A stretch of 32,000 nt of DNA from Candidatus Iainarchaeum sp. (lineage in GTDB: Archaea > Iainarchaeota > Iainarchaeia > Iainarchaeales > CSSED10-239): contig JAQVTI010000001.1 in assembly GCA_028700115.1 (NCBI GenBank), positions 30,001-62,000 of the forward strand, given 5' to 3'. Shown here in pieces: positions 17,772 through 26,896 of this stretch; within the stretch, counting starts at the first letter, position 1, and the number at the start of each line of letters is the position of its first letter. A program made the translations under genes and the position numbers. The notes beneath the pieces are model-generated. The model did not search any database. It was not told the DNA's origin and worked only from the letters and a program-made list of their open reading frames with translations.

Positions 17772-20396
17772 TTAATTTTCTTCTAAAATAGCAGCTTGAG
17801 CTGCAGCAAGTTTTGCAATTGGAACTCTAAAAGGAGAACAACTCACATAGGTTAAGCCCAATTTATGACAGAATTTAACAGATTCAGGCTCTCCTCCATG
17901 CTCACCACAAATTCCAAGTTTTAAATTAGGATTCTTATTTAGTCCTTTTGCAATTGCAATTTGCATAAGTTGACCAACTCCATCTTGATCAATTGATTGG
18001 AAAGGATCTGTTTTATAAATTCCTAAAGAAACATATTGTTTTAAGAATTTACCAGAATCATCTCTTGAAAGCCCAAGACCCATTTGTGTTAAATCATTTG
18101 TACCAAATGAAAAAAATTCAGCATGCTCTGCAATCTTATCAGCTGTAAGTGCAGCTCTTGGAATTTCAATCATTGTTCCAATCTTATATTTAACTTCTTT
18201 TTCTTTCTCTGAAATTACTTCTTTAATAGTTTGTTCAATAATTTCTTTTTGTATTTCAAATTCTTTTGAATTACCAATCAAAGGAACCATAATTTCTGGA
18301 ACTATTTCTTGTCCAAGTTTTTCTGAAGCAATAATTGCAGCTTCAATTATAGCTCTTGTTTGCATCTTTGCAATCTCTGGATAAGTTATTGCAAGTCTAC
18401 AACCTCTATGTCCAAGCATAGGGTTAAATTCATGTAGATCTTCAATTTTTTCTTTTAATTTTTCTAAAGAAACATCCATATCTTTTGAAAGTTCAACTAT
18501 ATCATTTTCTTCTTTTGGTAAAAATTCATGTAAAGGAGGATCAAGTAATCTAATTGTTACAGGTCTATTTCCCATAGCCTCATAAATTCCAACAAAATCT
18601 TCTCTTTGCATAGGTAAAAGTTTATCTAATGCCTTTTGTCTTCCTTCAAGACTTTCAGACAAAATCATTTCTCTTACAGCCTTTATTCTATCTCCTTCAA
18701 AAAACATATGTTCAGTTCTACAAAGCCCAATTCCTTCTGCTCCAAAAGAAACTGCAACCTTTGCATCTTTTGGTGTATCTGCATTTGTTCTAACACCTAA
18801 CTTTCTATATTTATCAGAAAGAGACATAAGTTTTGCAAAAGAACCTTCCAGAGAAGGATTAACAACATCTAATTTACCTTCATAAACAACTCCTAAAGAA
18901 CCATCAATTGTAATAAAGTCTCCTTCTTTAAAAGATTTATCTCCAATAACTAACTTTTCTTGCTTATCATAAACTACAATCTCAGAAGACCCAGAAACAC
19001 ATGGCTTACCCATACCTCTTGCAACAACAGCTGCATGTGAAGTCATTCCTCCTCTTTGTGTTAAAATACCTTCAGCAGCATTCATACCTTTAATATCCTC
19101 AGGAGAAGTCTCTGTTCTTACTAAAATTACTTTATTTCCTTTTTCTTTTTCATCAAAAGCCTTATCTGCATCAAAAACAATTTTTCCAAAAACCGCACCT
19201 GGAGAAGCAGGAAGTCCTCTTGCAAGAACAGTTGCATTTTTAACTGCATTAGGATCTAATGATTTATGAAGTAATTGATCTAAAGATTTAGAATCAATTC
19301 TTAAAATTGCTTCCTTTTCATTAATTAAACCTTCCTCTAACATATCCATTGCAATTTGAACAGCAGCCTTTCCTGTTCTTTTACCATTTCTAGTTTGAAG
19401 CATATATAATTTGCCTTCTTGGATAGTAAATTCCATATCTTGCATATCTCTATAATGATTTTCTAGATTTTTATAAATTTTAACTAACTCATTATATTGC
19501 TCAGGCATTTTTTGTTCAAGAGTAGAAATATCTTCAGGAGTTCTAATTCCTGCAACTACATCTTCTCCTTGTGCATTTATTAGATATTCTCCATAAAATT
19601 TATTTTCACCAGTAGATGGATTTCTAGAAAAACAAACACCAGTTCCTGAAGTTTGCCCCATGTTTCCAAAAACCATAGCTTGAATATTTACAGCAGTTCC
19701 TAAAAGTCCTTCTATTTTATTTAACTTCCTATATTCAATTGCTCTTTTATTATTCCAAGATTTAAAAACTACATTTATAGAAAGTTCTAATTGCTTAAAT
19801 GGATCTTGTGGAAATTCTTTTCCTGTTTCTTTTAAAATAATTTTTTTATATCTATTTACTAATTCTTTTAGATTCTCAGCAGATAAATCAGTATCAAATT
19901 TTACATTATTTTCTTTTTTTATATTGTCTAAAGCTTCTTCAAATAAAGAATGCTTAACACCCATATCCACATCTCCAAACATTTGGATAAATCTTCTATA
20001 TGAATCATATGCAAATCTTTCATTTCCTGACTTTTTAGAAAGAGCTAAAACTGTTTTATCATTTAGTCCTAAGTTTAAAACAGTATCCATCATTCCAGGC
20101 ATAGAAACCGCTGCACCACTTCTTACAGATAAAAGTAAAGGATTTTCTTCTCCTCCAAAAAAAGTTTGGGTTTCTTGTTCAATTTTTTTTAAATTTTCTT
20201 TAATATCATTTTCTAAAGTTTCTGGCCAACTATTATTTTTAATATAAAAATCACAAGTTTGTGTTGTAATTGTAAATGCTGGAGGAACTGGAACATCTAG
20301 ATTTTTCATTTCAGCTATATTTGCACCTTTTCCACCTAAAATTTCTTTCATACTCTTATTACCTTCAGTAAAGTAATACACATATTTTTCATTCAT
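17772..20396 (-). CDS. ppdK: pyruvate, phosphate dikinase
   Basis: LGGKGANIAEM, phospho-His motif GGMTSHAAVVARGMG, GLCRTEHMFF, FSFGTNDLTQM, LGICGEHGGEP. Full-length at 874 aa, with a GGTGA SD 6 nt upstream of the ATG. Confidence 0.95.
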   Translation of the reverse strand: MNEKYVYYFTEGNKSMKEILGGKGANIAEMKNLDVPVPPAFTITTQTCDFYIKNNSWPETLENDIKENLKKIEQETQTFFGGEENPLLLSVRSGAAVSMPGMMDTVLNLGLNDKTVLALSKKSGNERFAYDSYRRFIQMFGDVDMGVKHSLFEEALDNIKKENNVKFDTDLSAENLKELVNRYKKIILKETGKEFPQDPFKQLELSINVVFKSWNNKRAIEYRKLNKIEGLLGTAVNIQAMVFGNMGQTSGTGVCFSRNPSTGENKFYGEYLINAQGEDVVAGIRTPEDISTLEQKMPEQYNELVKIYKNLENHYRDMQDMEFTIQEGKLYMLQTRNGKRTGKAAVQIAMDMLEEGLINEKEAILRIDSKSLDQLLHKSLDPNAVKNATVLARGLPASPGAVFGKIVFDADKAFDEKEKGNKVILVRTETSPEDIKGMNAAEGILTQRGGMTSHAAVVARGMGKPCVSGSSEIVVYDKQEKLVIGDKSFKEGDFITIDGSLGVVYEGKLDVVNPSLEGSFAKLMSLSDKYRKLGVRTNADTPKDAKVAVSFGAEGIGLCRTEHMFFEGDRIKAVREMILSESLEGRQKALDKLLPMQREDFVGIYEAMGNRPVTIRLLDPPLHEFLPKEENDIVELSKDMDVSLEKLKEKIEDLHEFNPMLGHRGCRLAITYPEIAKMQTRAIIEAAIIASEKLGQEIVPEIMVPLIGNSKEFEIQKEIIEQTIKEVISEKEKEVKYKIGTMIEIPRAALTADKIAEHAEFFSFGTNDLTQMGLGLSRDDSGKFLKQYVSLGIYKTDPFQSIDQDGVGQLMQIAIAKGLNKNPNLKLGICGEHGGEPESVKFCHKLGLTYVSCSPFRVPIAKLAAAQAAILEEN

Positions 20397-20466
20397 TGTA
20401 TTTCACCAAATTTATATATTTTTTAAAAAAATTTTTTTAGAATAAAACTAGTAATTAATAATAAAT

Positions 20467-20518
20467 ATATAAATATTTATAAAATAAACATATAAATATT
20501 TATAAAATCATATAAATA
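20467..20518. repeat. short AT-only direct repeats upstream of ppdK (ATATAAATATTTATAAAAT twice, plus a partial)
   Basis: Copies at 20467-20485 and 20490-20508, with a partial at 20510-20518. Contains the palindromic core AAATATTT, also present in the 24-bp array at 27077. Confidence 0.5.
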
Positions 20519-20539
20519 AAAAAAATAAAAAAAATGATT

Positions 20540-21184
20540 TTAATGAATAAAAACATCTTCAATTATAATATCTTCAACAGGCCAGTCTTGATGACCATCT
20601 TTTGAAGTAGTCTCTGCATTTTCAATTTGCATAACTACATCCATTCCAGAAACAACTTTTCCAAAAACAGCATAACCTGGATTTTTAGAATCTTTAAAAT
20701 CTAAAAAATCATTATCTACTGTGTTTATAAAAAATTGTGAAGTAGCTGAGTTTGGATCAGGTGTTCTTGCCATTGCAATTGTTCCTTTTTTATTACTAAG
20801 TCCAGTAGCTTGAGTTGTTTCTAGTAGTATAGGATCAAAATTATCTTTTTTTGTACCATCACTAAAAAAACCACCACCTTGAATCATAAAATCTTTAATT
20901 ACTCTATGAAATATTGTTTCATCATAAAAACCTACCTTTACATATTCTAAAAAATTAAAAACTGTAACAGGTGCATTTTTATCAAAAAGTTCAACTTCAA
21001 TATCTCCTTTATTTGTTCTAATTGTAACAAAAGTATTTTCACTTTCATTAACATCTAAACTTTTATTTTCATCCATATTTGTTCCCTCTATATCTTTACT
21101 TGTAGTTATTTTAAATATTGCAAAAATAATTGCAAGAACTAAAATAACACATAAAACATAAATTATAATTTTTGTAGTCTTCAT
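20540..21184 (-). CDS. cyclophilin-type peptidyl-prolyl cis-trans isomerase with N-terminal membrane anchor
   Basis: N-terminal TM segment IIIYVLCVILVLAIIFAIF, then the cyclophilin core FHRVIKDFMIQGGG, GTIAMAR, NSATSQFFIN, YAVFGKVVSGMDVV. Confidence 0.9.
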   Translation of the reverse strand: MKTTKIIIYVLCVILVLAIIFAIFKITTSKDIEGTNMDENKSLDVNESENTFVTIRTNKGDIEVELFDKNAPVTVFNFLEYVKVGFYDETIFHRVIKDFMIQGGGFFSDGTKKDNFDPILLETTQATGLSNKKGTIAMARTPDPNSATSQFFINTVDNDFLDFKDSKNPGYAVFGKVVSGMDVVMQIENAETTSKDGHQDWPVEDIIIEDVFIH

Positions 21185-21299
21185 TAAAAATCACTTTTTT
21201 TAATATATTATAATATATATAATTTAGAATGAAAATATATAAATAAACTCTTATTTTTATAAAAAATTACTAGTTTTATTCATATGAATTAAAATACAT

Positions 21300-22004
21300 A
21301 TGTTTAAATCTCCTTTTATGTATATAATATTTATGGATGAAAAAATAAATTTTGGAAAAGTTATCTTAAAAATCAAAAAAGGAAAACATTTTCTTCTAAA
21401 AATAGATAAAAGACTATTTTATAGACCAGGACAATACATTGATATTTATGAAATAAATGAAAGAAAAAAGATATTAGATAAAAGAGCATTTACTTTAGCA
21501 CAAAAAACAAATGAATATGAAACAGAAATTTATATTAGTCAAGTAGATAAAGGAAAATTCTCAAACATGCTTTCTAAACTAGAAGTTGGGGACACAATTT
21601 ATTTTTCAGATCCAGAAGGACTTTGCATACATCAAAGAACAAATAAAAATAAAATTATAATGATTGCTCTAGGAAGTGGAATTTCTACTTATAGATCTTA
21701 TATTTATAATCATATAGACAATAAAGACTTAGAATTTAATTTATTTTATGCAAACAAACATGAAGAAGATTTCTTTTTTAAACAAGACTTTTTAGAATTA
21801 GAAGAATATAAAAATAATTTTAAATTTTATCCAGTAGTTACTGAAGAAAAAAATTTATTTAAAGAAATGGATTTATTTCTATCTAAATATAAAAATTTAG
21901 AAGAATATGACATTTTAGTTTCTGGACCAATGAAGGCTAATCAAAAAATTATTGAGTTTTTAGAAAATAAAAAAATAAAAGCAGAAAATATCCTAATAGA
22001 CTAA
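21300..22004 (+). CDS. ferredoxin-NADP reductase-like FAD/NAD(P)-binding oxidoreductase
   Basis: PGQYIDI, RAFTLAQ (R-x-Y-S-type FAD motif), GDTIYFSDPEG, IIMIALGSGISTYRS (GTGIaP-like NAD(P) motif), ILVSGPMKAN (vCGP). Start uncertain, with Met1, Met7 and Met12 all possible. Confidence 0.55.
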   Translation: MFKSPFMYIIFMDEKINFGKVILKIKKGKHFLLKIDKRLFYRPGQYIDIYEINERKKILDKRAFTLAQKTNEYETEIYISQVDKGKFSNMLSKLEVGDTIYFSDPEGLCIHQRTNKNKIIMIALGSGISTYRSYIYNHIDNKDLEFNLFYANKHEEDFFFKQDFLELEEYKNNFKFYPVVTEEKNLFKEMDLFLSKYKNLEEYDILVSGPMKANQKIIEFLENKKIKAENILID

Positions 22005-22016
22005 AGATATTTATTT
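21985..22016 (+). repeat. left copy of an imperfect direct repeat bracketing the secreted-protein block; overlaps the true 3' end of the FNR-like gene
   Basis: AAAATATCCTAATAGACTAAAGATATTTATTT compared with 26949..26979 AAAATATACAAATAGACTAAGATATTTATTT gives 29 identities, 2 mismatches and 1 single-base indel, aligned by hand. Confidence 0.55.
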
Positions 22017-22025
22017 TTTAAAAAA

Positions 22026-22637
22026 TTAATTTATTGTACAAACTCCACCATTACAAGTATAACTTGTTCCTAAAGCAGAAGAACTTAAATAAGGATTTGG
22101 CATTTCTATACCCACTTCAAATAAATTTACTTCAGATGAAGCAGTTTGTTTTTTCACAAAAATATCTAAATCATAAGATCTACAATCCCCAATATCTGAA
22201 ACATCAATTGGACCTATAAAAAAACCATTTTCAAATAAACTTATAACTTCAGAATTATCAAAATAATAATTAACTCCATTAAAAACAGTATACTCTTCAG
22301 AAGTTACACTTGAATCAACCCCACAACCTTGATAAATATTTGCACCAATAAAAATTGCAGTCCCCCCATGTGCTTTATAAGTAATTCTACAACATTTATC
22401 TTCTGAAAAATTTAATTGATTTAATTCTTCTTCGGAACTTAAAGTAGAATTCCCTTGAGTGTTTATTGTATTTGTATTTAAACCACAATTTACAGAACAA
22501 ATAGTAGAATCATTAAATGAAATATCTCCTGTAACTTTTAAAACAATTGGTGCATCAAAATCTGTTATTGCAAAAACTGTTCCAAAACTTAAAATAAAAC
22601 TAAAAACAAAAAATATATTAAAAATTTTAAAATTCAC
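22026..22637 (-). CDS. secreted Cys-containing protein (203 aa), unknown function
   Basis: Signal peptide MNFKIFNIFFVFSFILSFGTVFA|ITDF. GTG start with GGTGAT 4 nt upstream. Shares a 38-bp upstream element with the pilin-like gene at 25175..26872. Confidence 0.5.
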   Translation of the reverse strand: MNFKIFNIFFVFSFILSFGTVFAITDFDAPIVLKVTGDISFNDSTICSVNCGLNTNTINTQGNSTLSSEEELNQLNFSEDKCCRITYKAHGGTAIFIGANIYQGCGVDSSVTSEEYTVFNGVNYYFDNSEVISLFENGFFIGPIDVSDIGDCRSYDLDIFVKKQTASSEVNLFEVGIEMPNPYLSSSALGTSYTCNGGVCTIN

Positions 22638-22657
22638 AAAATCACCTTATAAAACAT

Positions 22658-22695
22658 ATATATTTAATATTTATTAAGAAATAGTTTATAAAGGT
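22658..22695 (-). promoter_or_regulatory. 38-bp promoter/leader element, copy 1 (upstream of the 203-aa secreted protein gene)
   Basis: ATATATTTAATATTTATTAAGAAATAGTTTATAAAGGT is identical to 26897..26934. It contains a TTTATAAA TATA-like box about 47-54 nt upstream of the GTG start. Confidence 0.6.
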
Positions 22696-22705
22696 ATAGT
22701 ATATA

Positions 22706-25087
22706 TTATTCCTCTATATAATTAAAATCATAAGAAACTTCTTCCTTACAAAAATAAACATAAATAAAATCATATTTAGATTGACCATATTCATCTTCAA
22801 CTGTAAGTTTAATTTTTCTTTTATCACAAATATTTATTTCAAAAAGATCTTTTAAAATTCTTTTTCCATATAATAAATCTAAAACTTTATTTTCTTTAGA
22901 AAAATTAATTGGATTTAAAAAAATATTTTTTAAATTTTCATTTTTAAATTTATTAAAAACCCCAAAATTAAAATCAAAATAAGGATTTTGAATTATAAAA
23001 TTACAATCAGAACTTAAAAAAATATCTGAATAAGTTTCTTCCCAAACACAAGTAGTCTCCCCAATATTATTTATAAAAGAAGAAGTAAAAATTATAGGTT
23101 TTTTGTATGCATGATAAATTTTATTTTCTGGAGTTAAAATATCTACATCAAGATATTTCATTTTTATATATAACTCATCACTTGAAACTCTACCTTCTTC
23201 ATCTTCTCCTATAAGTGTAATTAAATGATTTCCAGGCATAATATTTAATTCTTGTGGGGTTGCAGAAAAATTACATTCAGAACTTAAAATAATTTGTTCT
23301 TTTTTATTTTCATCATAATCTTGTATCCATTCACAAATTACTTCCCCAGTAGGATCTTGATGATCTGAAATAAAATTAATTATATCTTCTTGATTATATT
23401 GAGTATTTGCAATAGGAGAAGAAATTGTTGCTAGATAAGGAACTCTACTTTGTAGATATGCAGTAATATATTCACCGCTTTCACTTAAAGCTTCAACTAC
23501 AACTTCAGTATCTTGTAAATTATTATAAGTGTGAGATGTTGTATCAAAAGTATAATCTAAAGGTAATCTTTGTAAATTATCATATTTACCATAAGGACTT
23601 ATTCCAAAAATTACATCATATTCAGTTGTATATAATGATGGAAGTCCATATCCTGTACTATTAATATCATACATTGTATTTGTTTCAAATCTTAATCCAG
23701 GATGATTTAATGTATCATCATAAGGTATACCATCAGGGTCATAAGTAATTGCATTATAAGGATACCAATATTCTATTTGATTTTCATCTACATGATAAAT
23801 AACAATACCCCCATAATAATTAGGATAATCTGGACTTCTAGATCCAAATAAATATTTATCTTGTGTATTATTTGAAGCAAATCTATTTTCTACTAAAAAA
23901 TATTCTCGATCATTCATCTTAGTTTCATCTTTTAAAACATAAGCTATTTGATATTGATCTTGATTATAAACATCATAAATACCAGCATCTTGAGAATCAA
24001 TTTCTTCAGCTTCTAACCAACCTAAAAACATTTTAGACCATGAATCAAAATTTATAGGATTATTCCCATAACCATAATTATTAGACATCATAGAAACACT
24101 ACCAAGCCCCACACCACCATTTCCTTGATTAAAAGGATCATGTGCATATAAATCTGGAAGACCTAAAATATGTGCAAACTCATGAGTAAAAGGAATAACT
24201 TCTGCTCTACAGTCTTCAGGATGATTTTGATCTTCAATCATATATTGACAATGAGTTGAATTTATCTTATTTGAAATAATAGCTGTATTCCCATAATAAA
24301 GCCCTTGAACAGAATAATTTGTAGTTCCATTAAAAAGTCTTACTTGGTCAGCAAACAAACCAAATCCTTCTTTTGTTCCTGATCTAATTATACCTATACC
24401 ATCTATTCTACCATCATTATCAGAATCATATTGACTAAAATCAACTAAGGAGTCCATAATTTCAATAGTATCTGGAATTAATTCAAATACAGTTGCACTT
24501 GTTTGGGAATAATATTCATAAGTATGAGGTAATAACACCCAATCATAAACATCAAATGTAAGATTTAAATCCCCATAAGATTCATGTAAATAATATTGGT
24601 TTACACTTATTCCAGAACCATCTAAATAGTTTTCAGAATTTAAAAGTGCCTCAAAATCTGAAGGAGTTATTTCTAAATCATGTGGTTTATCAGAAAATTC
24701 AACCATAAAAATAGGAAACCTTACATTTCCTTCTAAAGGTGAAGTCCCCCAAACATTTTCAACTGTAGTTACAATTGTATCTTTATTTCTAGGAATTACT
24801 TTTTTTAAATCAGAAATAACTTCTTGCATAGAACAATAATCTGGAGTATATGAAATATCTCCAAAAACTAAAGGTTGACAAAAATTATTATCTATATATA
24901 TATTTTCTTGTGAGATTTCAAAAATATTAGAATTATCTAAATTAATAGTGATATTTGGATTAATATTTACAATATTATTATTTTCTTCAGAAATATTTAT
25001 TTGTTGTACATTATAAGCATAAAGATAGTTAGAAAATAAAAAAAAACTTATAATTAAAATAATATAAAAAATATAATATTTTTTCAT
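22706..25087 (-). CDS. secreted M6-family (immune inhibitor A-like) zinc metalloprotease with tandem C-terminal Cys-pair domains
   Basis: Signal peptide MKKYYIFYIILIISFFLFSNYLYA. HEFAHILGLPDLY (24146-24184), which is the M6 signature HExxHxxGxPDxY. FPIFMVEFSD upstream block. Two repeated C-terminal modules (GEVICEWIQ...LSSECNF and GETTCVWEE...LSSDCNF). Confidence 0.72.
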   Translation of the reverse strand: MKKYYIFYIILIISFFLFSNYLYAYNVQQINISEENNNIVNINPNITINLDNSNIFEISQENIYIDNNFCQPLVFGDISYTPDYCSMQEVISDLKKVIPRNKDTIVTTVENVWGTSPLEGNVRFPIFMVEFSDKPHDLEITPSDFEALLNSENYLDGSGISVNQYYLHESYGDLNLTFDVYDWVLLPHTYEYYSQTSATVFELIPDTIEIMDSLVDFSQYDSDNDGRIDGIGIIRSGTKEGFGLFADQVRLFNGTTNYSVQGLYYGNTAIISNKINSTHCQYMIEDQNHPEDCRAEVIPFTHEFAHILGLPDLYAHDPFNQGNGGVGLGSVSMMSNNYGYGNNPINFDSWSKMFLGWLEAEEIDSQDAGIYDVYNQDQYQIAYVLKDETKMNDREYFLVENRFASNNTQDKYLFGSRSPDYPNYYGGIVIYHVDENQIEYWYPYNAITYDPDGIPYDDTLNHPGLRFETNTMYDINSTGYGLPSLYTTEYDVIFGISPYGKYDNLQRLPLDYTFDTTSHTYNNLQDTEVVVEALSESGEYITAYLQSRVPYLATISSPIANTQYNQEDIINFISDHQDPTGEVICEWIQDYDENKKEQIILSSECNFSATPQELNIMPGNHLITLIGEDEEGRVSSDELYIKMKYLDVDILTPENKIYHAYKKPIIFTSSFINNIGETTCVWEETYSDIFLSSDCNFIIQNPYFDFNFGVFNKFKNENLKNIFLNPINFSKENKVLDLLYGKRILKDLFEINICDKRKIKLTVEDEYGQSKYDFIYVYFCKEEVSYDFNYIEE

Positions 25088-25150
25088 ATATATATAAATA
25101 AATAGAAGTATATAAACTTTACTACTTAACTAAACTAAGTGAAATAAATA

Positions 25151-25181
25151 AAAATAAAAAAACCTTAAAAAAATCTAAGGT
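25151..25181 (-). terminator. hairpin plus T-tract at the 3' end of the pilin-like gene
   Basis: On the minus strand, ACCTTA-(8 nt)-TAAGGT (25162-25181, includes the TAG stop) is followed by TTTTTTATTTT. Confidence 0.35.
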
Positions 25182-26872
25182 GTTGTTTTTCCAATAAATA
25201 CACATAAACTACCATTTGTATTTGTTACACAACTAGGAGATAAACTATATCTTTCAAAAATATCTGGATGATTTATATAAACTTTTAGAGAACCATAAGA
25301 AGAAATATCTTCTCCTTCTAATTTATTTATACATACATAAATTTCTCCATTAGAGTTTATAACTTTTTTACAAAACGCATAATTTGGAGTAATATTATTA
25401 GATATATCCCAAGTAGATATTTCAAAATCAGGATCCCCAACAGATGGTGTTCCAGTAAATTCAAATTTATAAATTCCTTCTGAATTACAATTAAATTGAT
25501 ATGTGTGATCTCCAGAACTTACATCCCCTAAACTATAAGATGAATTACAACTATTTCCTACTAAACAACAATTATTTGTTGGATTCGAAGTAATTGAATT
25601 AATAACATTTAAATTTAAATTATAAGTATCAACACCTTCTCCATTAACAGTAATTAAAAAATTATTATTAAGTAAAGCAGAACTATTTAATGGATTCACA
25701 CTTAATTCAAAACTAAAAATACCCCCATTATCACAATCAATATTACAAATACCTTCTTCTCCAAAATTACAAACCCCATCTCCACAACATGGTGAACAAT
25801 TAAGTGCATATGGGTCATTATGACAAATAGAACAATAAGATATAGAACTTTGACAAATATCATTAGTAATATTTAAACAAGCTAAAAGACCACAATCATC
25901 TGGACAAGTCCCATTTGCTCTTTCTAAATCATCACAAACTAAATCCCCACAACTACAATCTTCTAAACAATTAGAATAATTTTCTCCATCTTCACAAATT
26001 GCATTCCCACAACATATACCAGTAATATTTCTTATATCACAAACACCTGTTGTTTGACCACTTATAATTTTACAATATGCTTCTTGACAATCACCTAATT
26101 CAGAACCTAAACTAATACAATCAGAATTATTTTGACAAGTATTATCAAAAGGCCTACAATCCCCACCCAAACAATATCCATCTTCTGAAGGATCTGATTT
26201 AATTATACAATATGTTCCATCTACTAATTTTTTTTCTACACATCTACCCTCTTCACAATTCCATTTATAACAAGGATTAGGAACACCAAAATCATTTAAA
26301 CAATCAGATGGTTGAACACAATCAAAATCAGAAACACATTCTCCATCTATACAAACCCCAAAAGAACAAGAAACTCCATTTGTTAAATTTTTTTCAACAC
26401 AAGTTCCTTCAATAGAACATTCATAAATAGTACAGTCATTAGAAGTATCTCCACATTGATTAAATTCCAAATAAGGATTACATTCAGAACTATTAGCTAC
26501 ACAAACCCCATTTACACAAGTTCCAGGATTATTTAAAGAAGTTGTACAATTACCAGAAGTTAATAAAGTCCCAACACAATTTCCATTTTCATTACAATAA
26601 TCTAATATACATTCATTATCTTCATGTATAGAACAATCATCATTAGAATCACATTCAAAATCATCATAATTAGGAGTACCCATATCACCAGTATCATTTA
26701 GAAAATCAGAAAAAGAATTTGAAGTACTACTAATATCTGTTGCTTCTTGTGTTTTTTTATTAATATTATTTAAATAAAAACTCCCAAGAATAATACCTCC
26801 AATTATTAAAATCCCTAAAATTATTAAAACTTCAATAGAAACTTGCCCTTTTAATTTAATTTTTTTTTTCAA
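25175..26872 (-). CDS. archaeal type IV pilin-like (class III signal peptide) surface protein with a large Cys-rich repeat ectodomain
   Basis: N-terminus MKKKIKLKG|QVSIEVLIILGILIIGGIILG is a basic stretch, then a KG|Q prepilin-peptidase-type site, a QxSxE motif and a hydrophobic helix. By my count 56 Cys in 565 aa: three ~55-aa 8-Cys modules, then three C-G-[DN]-x-[IV]-C-x(7-9)-C-x2-D-C modules. TTG start with GGTGA 7 nt upstream. Confidence 0.7.
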   Translation of the reverse strand: MKKKIKLKGQVSIEVLIILGILIIGGIILGSFYLNNINKKTQEATDISSTSNSFSDFLNDTGDMGTPNYDDFECDSNDDCSIHEDNECILDYCNENGNCVGTLLTSGNCTTSLNNPGTCVNGVCVANSSECNPYLEFNQCGDTSNDCTIYECSIEGTCVEKNLTNGVSCSFGVCIDGECVSDFDCVQPSDCLNDFGVPNPCYKWNCEEGRCVEKKLVDGTYCIIKSDPSEDGYCLGGDCRPFDNTCQNNSDCISLGSELGDCQEAYCKIISGQTTGVCDIRNITGICCGNAICEDGENYSNCLEDCSCGDLVCDDLERANGTCPDDCGLLACLNITNDICQSSISYCSICHNDPYALNCSPCCGDGVCNFGEEGICNIDCDNGGIFSFELSVNPLNSSALLNNNFLITVNGEGVDTYNLNLNVINSITSNPTNNCCLVGNSCNSSYSLGDVSSGDHTYQFNCNSEGIYKFEFTGTPSVGDPDFEISTWDISNNITPNYAFCKKVINSNGEIYVCINKLEGEDISSYGSLKVYINHPDIFERYSLSPSCVTNTNGSLCVFIGKTTP

Positions 26873-26896
26873 AATAACTCACCAAAAATATATAAA

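Noticed and set aside
19924-20247. ORF 19924..20247(+) antisense inside ppdK
   Set aside because: Lies entirely within a full-length, motif-complete ppdK on the other strand. Typical antisense shadow.
22017-22045. Possible terminal inverted repeats of the putative island (TTTTTTAAAA...TTTATTGTA at the left end vs TACATAAATTTTAAAAAA at 26936-26953)
   Set aside because: The match needs a 6-nt gap, is pure A/T and partly self-complementary, and overlaps coding sequence. It is not distinguishable from chance.
22034-22677. ORFs 22034..22219(+) and 22459..22677(+) opposite the 203-aa secreted protein gene
   Set aside because: They overlap a gene that has a signal peptide, an SD and a shared promoter element. 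They have no start context of their own.
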